DNA of 64,000 bases. It comes from Minisyncoccia bacterium (GTDB lineage Bacteria; Patescibacteriota; Minisyncoccia; Phycocordibacterales; UBA918). How positions within the stretch are numbered: the first letter of the stretch is position 1; every line of letters starts with the position of its first letter. The position numbers and the translations under genes are program-made. Below the pieces are notes generated by a model, which worked only from the letters and a program-made list of their open reading frames with translations, made no database searches and was not told the origin of the DNA. This document shows, piece by piece, positions 38,396 through 47,241 of the stretch. The stretch spans positions 97,481-161,480 of the forward strand of contig JBGSJJ010000005.1 of NCBI GenBank assembly GCA_041742075.1, read 5' to 3'.

Positions 38396-40019
38396 CTCAA
38401 AATTACTGCTTTTAGTCATTCTCTTTGTTGGACTACTTGGTTTTACTGGAGTAGCTCTCGCTCAGTCAGGCCTCTCAATTAGTGTAACGCCAAGCTTAAT
38501 TGAACTATCTGTCGAGCCTGGTCGAACCTGGGAAAGCTCAGTTAAGGTTATAAATAATAACCAGTTTGATTTAACTGTCTACGCCAACGTTGTAAACTTT
38601 GCTCCACAAGGAGAATCTGGCCAAGGTGCCTTTTTGCCGATCGAAGCAGGCGGTGACAAAACTACTGTTGCCGAGTGGCTTACGGTCAGCTCTGACCCGA
38701 TTGTCATACCGCGTGAGTCAAGTACAGAAGTACCTTTATTACTTACTGTTCCCGCAAACGCCGCACCGGGCGGACATTATGCGGCTATCATGATTGGTAC
38801 AAAACCACCTGAAAGTAGCAACATTACGGCAGTGAGAACCTCACAAATTGTCACCGCATTGTTTTTTGCTCGAGTCACCGGTGACGTGATTGAAAACGGT
38901 ACAATTCGATCATTTCGTCCGACCGACTTTGTGGTCGGTAGTCCTACAGCAACGTTTGAACTGCGCTTTGAGAATAACGGTAACGTCCACCTGCAACCGC
39001 AAGGTGAGATTGTTATTAAAAACATGTGGGGTGCAACACGAGGCCTCATACCTATTAATCGAGAAACGCATTTTGGTAATGTGCTACCAAATAGTATTAG
39101 AAAGTTTGAATTTACGTGGAGCGGAGCCTTTTCGCTCACAGATATCGGTCGCTATACAGCTGAGGTTGCTTTAGCGTACGGTGAGGACGCACGCAAGTTT
39201 TCCTCCTTTAGTACTTCGTTTTGGGTTTTACCCCTTAAGGGTATAACCCTCGCTCTTATAGTGCTATTTGGACTTATTTTCTTCCTCCGTTTTGTCGTAC
39301 GTTCTTATGTAAGACGAATGCTGGTCTTAGCTGGTGTTGATCCAAATATGGGAAAACGCGTGCCAGTATCTCTACCAAAGCTGCCTGGTAAAGATGTGCG
39401 GATTATAAAAACAGCCATGCTTACTGCTCCCGTTAAAAATGGGTTTAGTGACTTCAAGTCAAAGATGCGAGCCGTCCCGATACTTAAAGATAAATTCTAT
39501 GCGGTGCTAGAGTTTATCTACCAATACAAACTATTTTTTATTTCAGTCCTGGTTTTTATTGTTCTTGTCGTTGGTATAATCTTCTTCTTCAAGAGCGTCC
39601 TCACGAAAGAAGTTCCGTATGAAATAACCGTCGACCGGGAAGGTGAAGACGTCACGCTCTCCTCAGAACAAATCGAATTTGATGCAAACAATTCTACAGA
39701 AGATATACAGACTGAAACCGTTGTTTCAGACTCAAGTTCACAACCGTTTACCCTCATTCTGACAAATGCGAGCGGAAAGTCAGGTGTTGCTGGTACCTTA
39801 AAAACAGAACTTGAAAATGATGACTATGTAGTTGATGAGCTCCGGTCTGACTTAACTGGTGTAAAAAATAGAACAGTAATTATTTACAGTAAAGAAGTTG
39901 AAGAGTCAGCCTTAAAGCTAAGTGAGCGTTTAAACAACGCACTCCTATCGGCATTGTCAGACACAACCGGCCCACCAGAAATTGAAGTTCTCATCGGTAC
40001 AGATTATCTAGAAGAGTAG
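38361..40019 (+). CDS. Two-domain surface protein, paralog of 21283 and 37364, with a transmembrane helix, a long cytoplasmic region and a second transmembrane helix.
   Basis: Signal peptide LLLLVILFVGLLGFTGVALAQS. ELRFENNGNVHLQPQGEIVIKNMWG. Transmembrane helices GITLALIVLFGLIFFL and FFISVLVFIVLVVGIIFFF. Overlaps the upstream gene by 35 bp. Confidence 0.6.
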   Translation: MILTSKIRIVSSSKLLLLVILFVGLLGFTGVALAQSGLSISVTPSLIELSVEPGRTWESSVKVINNNQFDLTVYANVVNFAPQGESGQGAFLPIEAGGDKTTVAEWLTVSSDPIVIPRESSTEVPLLLTVPANAAPGGHYAAIMIGTKPPESSNITAVRTSQIVTALFFARVTGDVIENGTIRSFRPTDFVVGSPTATFELRFENNGNVHLQPQGEIVIKNMWGATRGLIPINRETHFGNVLPNSIRKFEFTWSGAFSLTDIGRYTAEVALAYGEDARKFSSFSTSFWVLPLKGITLALIVLFGLIFFLRFVVRSYVRRMLVLAGVDPNMGKRVPVSLPKLPGKDVRIIKTAMLTAPVKNGFSDFKSKMRAVPILKDKFYAVLEFIYQYKLFFISVLVFIVLVVGIIFFFKSVLTKEVPYEITVDREGEDVTLSSEQIEFDANNSTEDIQTETVVSDSSSQPFTLILTNASGKSGVAGTLKTELENDDYVVDELRSDLTGVKNRTVIIYSKEVEESALKLSERLNNALLSALSDTTGPPEIEVLIGTDYLEE

Positions 40020-40026
40020 TGTATAC

Positions 40027-40539
40027 TTGAACTACTTATCGGATAATATTGTCCCTATGAACAAACAATCTATAATTGCTGGTTTGGTTATTTTTGCCCT
40101 CATTGTGGTGGGTATGTTTACCTTTACCTACCTTAAGAAAAAAGAGTTAATGGCCGAACTACCAGCTGAAGTTCCTACTCAAGAACAAACTATAGCTGAG
40201 AAGTATGGAATATCTCAAATCGACACGACGCATTACTTTATCGATGGCAAGCATACGTTTGTCGGTGAAATTCTTATGCCTACTCCCTGCGATTTACTCG
40301 AAGTTGAAGCTCTCGTGATGGAATCTTTCCCGGAACAAATCCGACTCGATTTTACCGTGATAAACACCGCTGACGCCTGTGCGCAGGTTATCACCCCGCA
40401 ACGATTTAGTGTTGAAGCAGTTGCTTCCGCTGAAGCTAGTACTACCGCCTACTTTATGAACGAACCTGTCCTCCTTAACATAACTCCAGCAAGAGCGGGA
40501 GAGACACCAGAAGAGTTTGAAGTGTACATTAAGGGGTAA
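40027..40539 (+). CDS. Small membrane-anchored hypothetical protein.
   Basis: Transmembrane helix IIAGLVIFALIVVGMFTF. No recognisable motif. Confidence 0.45.
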   Translation: MNYLSDNIVPMNKQSIIAGLVIFALIVVGMFTFTYLKKKELMAELPAEVPTQEQTIAEKYGISQIDTTHYFIDGKHTFVGEILMPTPCDLLEVEALVMESFPEQIRLDFTVINTADACAQVITPQRFSVEAVASAEASTTAYFMNEPVLLNITPARAGETPEEFEVYIKG

Positions 40540-40542
40540 CAC

Positions 40543-41211
40543 GTGCTTAGACGTATGTATTTTTTTAGCTCTCCCAAAGAATACTATGCATTTGTCGGTG
40601 CGGTGTTACTCGGTTGCGGGCTCGTCTTTGGTGCTTCCTACCTGAAGTCAGAAATCAAAACCGTCGCCTTAGCAGACGGAATGACAGAAAACATCTCTCG
40701 TAAAGAAGCTCTTCGTCATGTCTATGGCAACAAAAACGCGGAGGTAACAGTGGTTGAGTTCTCAGACTTTTCGTGTCGCTTCTGTTCACTTGTCCATGAA
40801 ACTCTCCGGACACTGGTAGACGAAAGTAACGCAAACGTTGTGTGGGAGTATCGACATTTACCGATTCTGAGAGAAGAATCCTTTACCGCTGCTTTGGCTT
40901 CAGAATGTGTTAGTGAACTCAAAGGCAATGACGCTTTTTGGCAGTTTGCTGATACGATTATGGCAAGTCAGGCCAACCTAAACGATGCGTACATTAAAGA
41001 TACCGTACTCACTCTTGGTATCACAAACGATGAGTATACGAGTTGTCTACAAAATGAAGACTTGCGAGCGCGGGTGGAGTCAGATGCGGAGTTAGCCAGG
41101 TCTCTCGGAGCCAGGGGTACACCGTACAGTGTGGTTATCTCTAAAGACGGTACGAAGACACCTGTTTCGGGAGCTCTACCTTTGTCTGAATTTAAAGCAC
41201 TTATCAACTAG
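40543..41211 (+). CDS. DsbA-like thiol:disulfide oxidoreductase (thioredoxin fold).
   Basis: GTG start. N-terminal transmembrane helix or signal sequence. CxxC active site FSDFSCRFCSLVHE. DsbA-like C-terminal part ...GARGTPYSVVISKDG... Confidence 0.7.
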   Translation: MLRRMYFFSSPKEYYAFVGAVLLGCGLVFGASYLKSEIKTVALADGMTENISRKEALRHVYGNKNAEVTVVEFSDFSCRFCSLVHETLRTLVDESNANVVWEYRHLPILREESFTAALASECVSELKGNDAFWQFADTIMASQANLNDAYIKDTVLTLGITNDEYTSCLQNEDLRARVESDAELARSLGARGTPYSVVISKDGTKTPVSGALPLSEFKALIN

Positions 41212-41220
41212 TATCTTTCT

Positions 41221-41769
41221 ATGGTAACTAAGAAAAATCTTGTACTCCTCGCGTTCCTTGTTTTTATACTGGGAGTGGTACTTTTGGCTACTATATACAT
41301 AGCGCGTTTAAATCAAGAGCCCAGTGAAATAGACTCCTTACTGAACCTTGACCAGGCAGGTGTGTTTCTGGCTGAAAATGGTGACGATATAAGTTTTTCA
41401 AATTTTGATAACAAAGTACGTATTATTAACTCTTGGGCGACGTGGTCACCGTATAGCACTGAAGAACTAATTGCCCTTAATGAACACGCCAAAAATTATC
41501 AAGACAAAAATGTCGTCGTACTAGCGGTGAACCGAAATGAACCGCCTGACAGAATCGAAGCGTTTATGAATACGCTTCCGGAGCTATCACATATTACTTT
41601 TGTGCGTGATACTGCTGACCAGCTTTACGGTGCGTTTTCTGGGTACGCTATGCCCGAGACTTTGTTCTATGATGCGGAGGGTAATCTTATATTTCACAAG
41701 CGAGGTGTTCTCACAAAAGATGAACTGTACCAGTACACTGAGGCGTCTATTGTAGGCCTCACAGAATAG
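41221..41769 (+). CDS. TlpA/ResA-like thioredoxin-fold protein in which both active-site cysteines are replaced (SxxS). Predicted to be redox-inactive.
   Basis: N-terminal transmembrane helix. WATWSPYS sits where the TlpA family has WAxWCxPC. DNA read directly: tgg gcg acg tgg tca ccg tat agc. Confidence 0.6.
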   Translation: MVTKKNLVLLAFLVFILGVVLLATIYIARLNQEPSEIDSLLNLDQAGVFLAENGDDISFSNFDNKVRIINSWATWSPYSTEELIALNEHAKNYQDKNVVVLAVNRNEPPDRIEAFMNTLPELSHITFVRDTADQLYGAFSGYAMPETLFYDAEGNLIFHKRGVLTKDELYQYTEASIVGLTE

Positions 41770-41772
41770 ATT

Positions 41773-42516
41773 ATGGCCGTAGAGATGGAAAGTTTACTCA
41801 TTGGATCATTTCTGGCTGGCCTTTTGATGTTCTTAGCACCATGCACTCTGCCACTAGTTCCAGCGTTTATAGCTTTCTTAGGAGGCAATACAATTTCCGC
41901 TCAAAAAAATCGCTTAACAGTACTTAGAAACGCTTTCTTATTTACGAGTGGGTTTACGCTGATTTTTGTATTGTTTGGACTCCTCGCCGGCCTATTGGGA
42001 ACGAGTTTTGGTCCGTACCGATCATTTCTAGTGCAGGTAAGCGGAGGACTGATTATTGTGTTTGGACTCACACTACTTGGACTATTTGATATACCACTTT
42101 TAAATCGGACGTTTACGCCACAGGTGCCAAAATTTTTTACCGTTGGCACTGGCCGTTCTGCCTTTATCACTGGTGCACTGGTTGCTGTCGGCTGGTCACC
42201 GTGCGTTGGCCCACTCTTGGCAACAGTACTGTTACTCACGGCTAGTACGGCTACTGCTTTGTCTGGAACAATCCTTCTATTTGTTTTTTCACTCGGTTTT
42301 TCAATACCTTTTTTGTTGGTAGCAGTCTTGTATTCACGAGTAAACCAGATTCCCAAGTCACTCCTTTTGGTGTCGCGCGTACTAAGGTATGTTGGTGGCG
42401 CTTTGATTGTTGTTATTGGGTATTTGCTTCTCACTGACTCACTCGGTATGCTTACTAGTATGACGGAGTCATTTTTTGAACTATTTGGTCTGTCTTCATT
42501 ACTTAATTTCTACTAA
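41773..42516 (+). CDS. ccdA: Cytochrome c-type biogenesis / thiol-disulfide transporter of the CcdA (DsbD transmembrane domain) family.
   Basis: Multiple transmembrane helices. Conserved Cys motifs LAPCTLPLVP in TM1 and GWSPCVGPLL in TM4. Confidence 0.8.
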   Translation: MAVEMESLLIGSFLAGLLMFLAPCTLPLVPAFIAFLGGNTISAQKNRLTVLRNAFLFTSGFTLIFVLFGLLAGLLGTSFGPYRSFLVQVSGGLIIVFGLTLLGLFDIPLLNRTFTPQVPKFFTVGTGRSAFITGALVAVGWSPCVGPLLATVLLLTASTATALSGTILLFVFSLGFSIPFLLVAVLYSRVNQIPKSLLLVSRVLRYVGGALIVVIGYLLLTDSLGMLTSMTESFFELFGLSSLLNFY

Positions 42517-42522
42517 CCTTGT

Positions 42523-43761
42523 ATGACTCCATTTGCCCAAGTTCAAAATCATGTTCAGAGTGCTACGACTGCGCTCAAGTATGACGAAGCGACTCTTGCA
42601 AAACTCACAAAGCCTGACGCCGTACATGAGCACGTGCTCCAGGTAGAGACTAGCTTAGGTACGCGTTCACTCCCAGCCTATCGTGTACAGTTCAATAACG
42701 CACGTGGGCCGTACAAGGGAGGGATTCGTTTTCATGCCGACGCTGACAAAGACGAAGTACAAGCGCTCGCTCTCGCGATGGCTGTTAAGTGTGCGGTTGT
42801 CGGAATTCCCTTAGGGGGAGCCAAAGGAGGCGTTAGTTTTAACCCTAAAGAGTATTCCAAGAATGACCTCGAGTTAATTAGCCGAGCCTACGCTTCTGCG
42901 TTTGCTTCGGTACTTGGTGTTGATAGTGATATACCTGCACCAGACGTGAACACTACGCCAGAGGTGATGGCGTACATGCTCGACGAGTACGAAAAGATTA
43001 TTGGAAAAAGCGAACCAGGTATGATTACTGGAAAGCCACTCTCATTGTGGGGGAGTGCTGGAAGAGGGATTGCTACCGCACAAGGTGGTGTGTATGTACT
43101 TGAAGCGTACCTGAAGACTAAAAACGAATCACTGTCCAAAAAAAGAATTGCGATTCAAGGCTATGGAAATGCCGGTGCAGTTATCGCTAGACTTCTGTAC
43201 GAAAAAGGAGCTCTGATTGTCGCTGTTTCAGACAGTCAAGGTACCGCCATAAACGAAGCCGGATTTAATCCAGCCGAATTAGATGCTCTCAAACGTGAAA
43301 AAAAGAGTGTACTGGAAGCATCTGGTCAAAACTCACCAGATAGCAGTGCCGTACTTATAAGTGACGCCGACATTCTTATTCCTGCGGCTCTTGATAATGC
43401 CATCACCGAAGCAAACGCGCCACAAGTTACAGCAAAAATAATTCTTGAACTAGCCAATAATCCCGTAACCCCGGAAGCAGAGGCATTGCTTACAAGTAAA
43501 GGTGTCGACTGTATACCTGACGTCCTCGCGAATGCTGGTGGGGTAACGGTATCGTATTTTGAATGGGTACAAAACCGTCAACAGTTCTACTGGTCGGAAG
43601 CAGAGGTTTTGTCAAAGCTACAAACAAGAATGGAGCAGTCTTTTGCCGATGTATTGGCGCTTAAAAATGCCCAGCCAACAGAAGCTACTTTCAGGCAAGG
43701 AGCCTACGTACTTGGTATTAGTAGGATAGTGGAAGCCATGAAAATTCGTGGAAGAATATAG
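42523..43761 (+). CDS. gdhA: Glu/Leu/Phe/Val dehydrogenase family protein, most likely glutamate dehydrogenase.
   Basis: PYKGGIRFH and GIPLGGAKGG catalytic motifs. Rossmann motif GYGNAGA. Confidence 0.85.
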   Translation: MTPFAQVQNHVQSATTALKYDEATLAKLTKPDAVHEHVLQVETSLGTRSLPAYRVQFNNARGPYKGGIRFHADADKDEVQALALAMAVKCAVVGIPLGGAKGGVSFNPKEYSKNDLELISRAYASAFASVLGVDSDIPAPDVNTTPEVMAYMLDEYEKIIGKSEPGMITGKPLSLWGSAGRGIATAQGGVYVLEAYLKTKNESLSKKRIAIQGYGNAGAVIARLLYEKGALIVAVSDSQGTAINEAGFNPAELDALKREKKSVLEASGQNSPDSSAVLISDADILIPAALDNAITEANAPQVTAKIILELANNPVTPEAEALLTSKGVDCIPDVLANAGGVTVSYFEWVQNRQQFYWSEAEVLSKLQTRMEQSFADVLALKNAQPTEATFRQGAYVLGISRIVEAMKIRGRI

Positions 43762-44151
43762 CTATTCTGGCTATTGTAAATAGAGCAATTTTGTGCTATA
43801 GTCTTAAATAGGTACGTTCAAACGCTTTTCGCGCCACCCCAAACTTTATTTGGAGCTCTTCTACAGAAGGGTTTCGGTGTACGCAATCATATTCAACTAT
43901 GAGAAAAGCAATTGGTTTTGTGATAGTACTATATGCCATCACAATAATAGTAGACTCAGGATTTGAGTCTTTCGAAAAGGCACTCGTTGCTTCTTTTAAA
44001 CTTGTTGAAACGGCGGCTTACGTTTCAGAGAGTCAATTAGAGACACGACTGCCAAAAAATCAGTGACACACCCGGACCTTTCAAACATTCGTTTGTTAGG
44101 TCTTTGTTGTTTGTACTTATCCGTGTAGCTATAGTATTATGTAACTAAACT

Positions 44152-45198
44152 ATGGACCTAAAACGTATAACTGAGTACATCTTCTTTTTTGGTTTGCTAC
44201 TTGTCGTCGGCTACATAGCGTGGTCAATGATGTTTCCTTTTGTGGCAGCATTGGTACTAGCTGCCATTATTGTAATTCTCTGTTACCCAATCTTTGAATT
44301 TATTTTGCGCTTCACACCGAGAAATAACCGTTCTATTGCAGCCCTCTTGAGTACCCTGATTGCATTTTTTGCTATCGTTATTCCAGTTTTCTTTCTTTCG
44401 ACACTTCTCGTTGATGAATTTGTTTCTTTCTATAAATCAATCGAAGGAACTAACGAGCTGGCAATAGACGGGGCATTTTCAAAAGTAGAAGCACTCGTGA
44501 ATACCTACATCCCCGGTTTTGAACTAAACATAACCGAACAGGTTAAACAAAGTGGTGCCTGGCTTGCGAGCAACATTGGCGCTATTTTTGCTGGCACAAT
44601 ATCAGTGGTGTTTATTTTCTTGATCTCACTTATGGGATCTTTCTACCTGTTTCGTGACGGTAAAGAGTTCGTTGCTTGGGTAGTCGAAGTAAGTCCATTG
44701 GCTGATGGGCAAGATAAGCTAATTCTGGATAGAATTAGCCGAGCCATCCGCTCCATCGCTACTGGAACTCTCCTTCTTTCGATAGTGCAAGGAGTGGTGG
44801 CAGCTATTGGCTTTAGTCTATTTGGTATTGATCGACCGATTCTATGGGGTTCAGTAGCAGCCATCGGTGCGCTCCTGCCTGGTATTGGCACGGCTGGTAT
44901 TATGATCCCGTTTGTTTCGTACTTAGTGTTTGTCGGCAATATGGGCAACGCGATTGGTCTTTTGGTCTGGGCAATTGCTTCAATTGCCATTATTGACAAT
45001 GTTCTTGGACCGTACCTCATGAGTCGCGGTAACAACCTGCATCCGTTTGTGGTTCTACTCTCAGTGCTTGGTGGCATCTCTGTTTTTGGCCCGATTGGAT
45101 TTATCATTGGGCCTGTTGTCATGAGTTTGTTCGTAGTTCTTCTAGAAATCTATATGCAGATAGTGGCAGTCAGTGAACGAAAAAAAGTAAAAAAATAA
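44152..45198 (+). CDS. AI-2E family transporter (UPF0118/PerM-like permease).
   Basis: About 8 transmembrane helices. Family-typical region ...TGTLLLSIVQGVVAAIGFSLFGI...LWGSVAAIGALLPGIGTAGIMIPFVSYL. Confidence 0.75.
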   Translation: MDLKRITEYIFFFGLLLVVGYIAWSMMFPFVAALVLAAIIVILCYPIFEFILRFTPRNNRSIAALLSTLIAFFAIVIPVFFLSTLLVDEFVSFYKSIEGTNELAIDGAFSKVEALVNTYIPGFELNITEQVKQSGAWLASNIGAIFAGTISVVFIFLISLMGSFYLFRDGKEFVAWVVEVSPLADGQDKLILDRISRAIRSIATGTLLLSIVQGVVAAIGFSLFGIDRPILWGSVAAIGALLPGIGTAGIMIPFVSYLVFVGNMGNAIGLLVWAIASIAIIDNVLGPYLMSRGNNLHPFVVLLSVLGGISVFGPIGFIIGPVVMSLFVVLLEIYMQIVAVSERKKVKK

Positions 45199-45201
45199 AC
45201 T

Positions 45202-45615
45202 ATGCTAGAGCGTGCACATATTGAAAAGTTTCTTATGTTAAATGGGGTCAGTCCGACTGCTCCTGATGAAGAAATAAAGTCTGTTTTAATTAGTGCTTCG
45301 TGGCAGGAGGACGATGTAAACGCGGCTATTTTAGTTCTTAGAGAAAACACCGAAAGCAATCAGTCTCGTGTCGATAGTGTTCATCGTATCTTTCACACCG
45401 ACGACAAGCTAAAGCCAGAAATGGTGTCAGCTCTTTTAGGTATTGAAATGGGTGTTAGTTCTGCCGACATTGAACTAAGACAGACTCAGCGCAGAGGACT
45501 TACTTTTACTGAGATATTTAGACTCATTGCTATCTCGATAGTTCTCTCCGCAGTTGCTTTTTTGCTTTCAATGTGGTATTTCGAGATTGGTATTTTTCAC
45601 TTCGCTGCTGTCTAA
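45202..45615 (+). CDS. Hypothetical protein with a C-terminal transmembrane helix.
   Basis: ORF abutting the stop of the previous gene. C-terminal hydrophobic segment. Confidence 0.45.
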   Translation: MLERAHIEKFLMLNGVSPTAPDEEIKSVLISASWQEDDVNAAILVLRENTESNQSRVDSVHRIFHTDDKLKPEMVSALLGIEMGVSSADIELRQTQRRGLTFTEIFRLIAISIVLSAVAFLLSMWYFEIGIFHFAAV

Positions 45616-45627
45616 ATACTCTCGCGC

Positions 45628-46674
45628 ATGACTAAACTTCTATATGGTGGCCTTGTTTTTGCTGTAGCAATTGTTGCTGGCAGTGGTTTTTCAGTTTCTG
45701 GAGAAGGGTATGAGTATGGTGCGCTTAAGAGTGAGCTTACTATTGTGGAAGAAGAGGTTTTAGATGTAGAAGGCAACCGAGCTATTGTATTTGTTGGCGA
45801 CGTACTCCTGGCTCGTAAGGTAGAGCGCTACATGGAACGCTTTTCTCATGAGTACCCCTTCATGCGTCTTGACCCGTTTAGAAGCGATGAGTATGTAGTG
45901 GCAAACTTTGAATCAAGCATTCCAAGCGTACATGTCCCGACACCGTTTTACTCTCTGAACTTTTCAACAAAAAGTGAGTATGCTAAAGCTTTGCGCACCC
46001 AAGGCTTCACGCACGTCAGTCTCGCTAACAACCATAGTTATGATACTGGTCATAGTGGCTTCATGAGTACGACAGACGTCCTTACGGCGTCTGGCCTGAC
46101 TTCGTTTGGTGTGCCTGGAAAGCTTACGGCTTCAAGTACAGCCTATGTTACGCTCGGTACTTCTACCGTAGCGCTCATAGGTCTTGAAACTCTATCTTCA
46201 GTCCCAACTGATGAAGAACTTAAAAATTTTCTTGGTGAAGTCGATGCACAAAGCGACCTCATGATTGTCTATATTCATTGGGGAAACGAGTATGCGCTTA
46301 GGCATAGTAAAAGCCAGGAAGTGTTTGCAGAGAAACTGGTTTCGCTTGGGGTAGATGCGATTGTCGGTCATCATCCCCATGTTGTTCAAGATATTGCCCT
46401 TATTGATGGTGTGCCTGTCTTTTATTCACTTGGTAACTTTGTTTTTGATCAGTATTTTAGTCCTGAAGTCCAACAAGGTCTCCAACTTACCTTTGAAGTA
46501 TCTCACGATGTACTTTCGTATTCGCTTACTCCGGTGACGAGTATCGATATGCAGAGTTCACCTCGACCAATGACCGCTTCAGAAAAGAAAAGTTTTTTGA
46601 CTACTCTAGCTAACCGGAGTGATATTGAGTTAAGAGACATGATCACAGACGGCAAAATTGTTATTCCGCGGTAA
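45628..46674 (+). CDS. CapA/PgsA-family metallophosphoesterase-like protein (poly-gamma-glutamate capsule synthesis family).
   Basis: Signal peptide. Motifs VFVGDVLLAR, ANFESSIPS, ANNHSYDTGHSG, VYIHWGNEY, GHHPHVVQ. Confidence 0.8.
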   Translation: MTKLLYGGLVFAVAIVAGSGFSVSGEGYEYGALKSELTIVEEEVLDVEGNRAIVFVGDVLLARKVERYMERFSHEYPFMRLDPFRSDEYVVANFESSIPSVHVPTPFYSLNFSTKSEYAKALRTQGFTHVSLANNHSYDTGHSGFMSTTDVLTASGLTSFGVPGKLTASSTAYVTLGTSTVALIGLETLSSVPTDEELKNFLGEVDAQSDLMIVYIHWGNEYALRHSKSQEVFAEKLVSLGVDAIVGHHPHVVQDIALIDGVPVFYSLGNFVFDQYFSPEVQQGLQLTFEVSHDVLSYSLTPVTSIDMQSSPRPMTASEKKSFLTTLANRSDIELRDMITDGKIVIPR

Positions 46675-46710
46675 GCTTGCAATTACAGCAAAATTGCCTA
46701 GTATAGTCGC

Positions 46711-47241
46711 ATGATAAACAAGTTTGAAGCAGTAGGAATTGGGGCCAGTATCTTGGCAATGATAGTAATCTTGATGGTGTTACAAGCTGAACCAAAGGAA
46801 ACTGAGACGAAAGCTGAAGTGGTGAAGGATGAGGAAGGTGAAGTAGTAATAGTAGAGGAAGGTGGTGAAGATGAACTAGCGACCGCTTTAATAGAATCAG
46901 TTGGAACTTCAGGTGATATGGAAAAATTAATTATCGATGATGTAACAGTAGGTAGTGGGGCAGAAGTAGTAGCAGGAGACACAGTTGCGGTCCACTATGT
47001 TGGCACACTGCAAAATGGCCAAGAATTTGATAACTCTAAGAAGCGTGGTGAACCATTTATGTTTACGGTTGGTGCTGGACAAGTGATTGCTGGTTGGGAG
47101 CAAGGCGTTGTCGGCATGAAAGTTGGCGGTACCAGAATCCTAGTTATTCCACCAGCGCTTGCCTATGGTGAACGAGGAATTGGCCCCATCCCTGGCGGAG
47201 CAACTCTCGTGTTCTCAATTGAACTGGTTGAAATTCAGTAA
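46711..47241 (+). CDS. FKBP-type peptidyl-prolyl cis-trans isomerase with an N-terminal membrane anchor and an acidic linker.
   Basis: VAVHYVGTLQNGQEFDNS...FMFTVGAGQVIAGWEQGVVGMKVGGTRILVIPPALAYGERG. Confidence 0.8.
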   Translation: MINKFEAVGIGASILAMIVILMVLQAEPKETETKAEVVKDEEGEVVIVEEGGEDELATALIESVGTSGDMEKLIIDDVTVGSGAEVVAGDTVAVHYVGTLQNGQEFDNSKKRGEPFMFTVGAGQVIAGWEQGVVGMKVGGTRILVIPPALAYGERGIGPIPGGATLVFSIELVEIQ

